From Chrysomallon squamiferum (taxonomy: Eukaryota > Animalia > Mollusca): a stretch of 64,000 nt of DNA. The notes beneath the pieces were generated by a model. That model was not told where the DNA came from. It saw nothing but the letters and a program-made list of their open reading frames with translations, and searched no databases. This document shows positions 62,522 through 64,000 of the stretch, piece after piece; the first letter of the stretch is position 1; each line of letters begins with the position of its first letter. Where the stretch lies: positions 13,888,001-13,952,000 of the forward strand of contig CM022666.1 of the NCBI GenBank assembly GCA_012295275.1. Reading direction: 5' to 3'. A program made the position numbers and the translations under genes.

Positions 62522-63274
62522 ATTGTGTGTCCATATAGATATAGATAGACATAGACACAGACAGATAGATATAGATAGACATAGACACAGACAGATAGAT
62601 ATAGACATATATAAATAGGTAGGTAGATATATAGATAGATAGATAGATGGATAGATAGATAATATATTCATTTACATGTGCATCACATTTGTTGCTAACA
62701 CTGAAATAATGTTTCACATTTTCAGTGTTGCCCAGGGTGTTCTGATGTTCAAGAAGGGGAAGCAACTGGAGGCTATGCAGCACTTGAACAGAGCTCTTCA
62801 GATAGATGAGAAAAATGTAGAGGCTTTGGTAGCAAGGGGAGCTTTGTAAGTGCAGTTTTTTTTTACCATCTGTCACACTGTGGACTTTTCAGATTAGTAA
62901 TGATGTGTTAATCCATTAGTTTTGGTTGTTAGAATATTTCTGTGTATATCTACAAAAAATGTTTTGATTTTTAATAATAATAATAATAATGAATAACTCA
63001 AAATGTCATAAGAAATGTATATATTTACGTTTTTAGAACATTTAAAAAAAATATATTAACTATTAAATTATCGTCTTATTTCAGAAATGGCTTTAAAATA
63101 TATATAATTATGTTTTTGTATTTATTTATTTTTGTTTTTATTTTATTTCAGGTATGCCAACAATGAAAGTTATTCGCGGGCTATTGATGATTTTGAAGAA
63201 GCTTTGTCAGTGAACACACAACATGTTAATGCAAGAAAATATTTGTATGAGACTCTTATAGTGAAGGGAAAAGC
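57348..63274 (+). CDS. TTC14: Tetratricopeptide repeat protein 14 (S1-like domain + TPR), 5' portion; continues past the window end
   Basis: Phase-consistent exons 57348-57496, 58644-58750, 58963-59039 (GC donor), 59570-59692, 60414-60498, 61015-61109, 61491-61528, 61816-61956, 62225-62296, 62726-62845, 63152-63274. Translation [14 protein letters not shown]..., [106 protein letters not shown]...AIDDFEEAL...HVNARKYL matches my recollection of TTC14 throughout. Confidence 0.93.
57486..58180 (+). repeat. 78-bp minisatellite (~9 copies) containing the TTC14 exon end and 5' splice site
   Basis: Unit ccagaaaatagg|GTTTGTacacagcgtacttcataaatcatcactgatgtagagtttaagcttgttatgttaaaatgt; donors recur at 57497, 57575, 57653, 57731, 57809, 57887, 57965, 58043 and 58121. 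Confidence 0.97.
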
Positions 63275-64000
63275 GTAAGTAAAAACAAATTCATTGTCTT
63301 TCAGTCTCTAAAATCAACAGTTGTGATTAACATATACCTCTAGTGATGTGAAAAAATAATCTAAATATTATCTGGCATGTCCAAGTTATATTTTATTTGT
63401 TTTCTGCTAGCCAGTCTTAATTAATAATGAAGTATAACAACGAAAGAGACAAGTTTAAAAATATTTAGATCATAGAAGAAATTGTCTCAGTATTTTCTGC
63501 ATATATCCCATTTATATTTTATTTGGTAGCTGCTGTCCAATCTTAATTAATAATAAAGTATAAAAGTGAAAGAGTACAGGTTAAATTTACATTTAGTCTG
63601 ATTTTTTATTAAAATTCTTATCCCTATGATTTCTGAAGCTGTTTCAAATTGAAAATTTTACCTTCTGCAACATTTATTTATTACATTAATAAAACAAGCG
63701 TAGTACCATTAATCTTGCAAGTTTGGGACCAGAAATGACCCTAATTTTGATGTTTTCTGGTTTTCTAGACCAAGTCTTACAATTCAGTTAAAATATAAAA
63801 TAAACAATCATAATTAAAAAAAAACGAAATTGTATTTGAAAGACACAAATCCATACATTTCTAAAGCCAATTTTCTTGGTATCTGTATAACGTTTGAATA
63901 TTTTATCAGATTACTGGTATATCTATCTAACTGTTTATCTATATATATAACTACCTACCTATATCTATCTATCTATCTGCCTGCCTACTTATCTGTCTAT

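Overview
AT-rich, microsatellite-saturated animal genomic DNA. The repeat style and gene content suggest an invertebrate, possibly a mollusc such as an octopod; this is inference only. Almost all ORFs in the supplied track are simple-repeat artefacts. Manual splicing gives two multi-exon + strand genes. The first is a complete non-classical cadherin (signal peptide, 5 EC repeats, TM helix, tail ending -EITVYF; about 780-797 aa), with coding exons from 32024 to 50336 and two candidate alternative first exons (donors at 6843 and 19280). The second is the 5' part of TTC14 (57348 to beyond the window end), which includes a GC-AG intron. Between them lies a compact intronless unit (53696-54078) with a CRE/TATA promoter and a poly(A) signal. 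Its coiled-coil-like coding sequence is split over two overlapping frames that also show an AUGA stop-start overlap. Other notable structures are a ~96% identical 162-nt inverted repeat bracketing two cadherin exons, a 6-nt candidate microexon, three independent tandem amplifications of splice sites, and a weak candidate antisense exon chain inside the cadherin's 25-kb intron.
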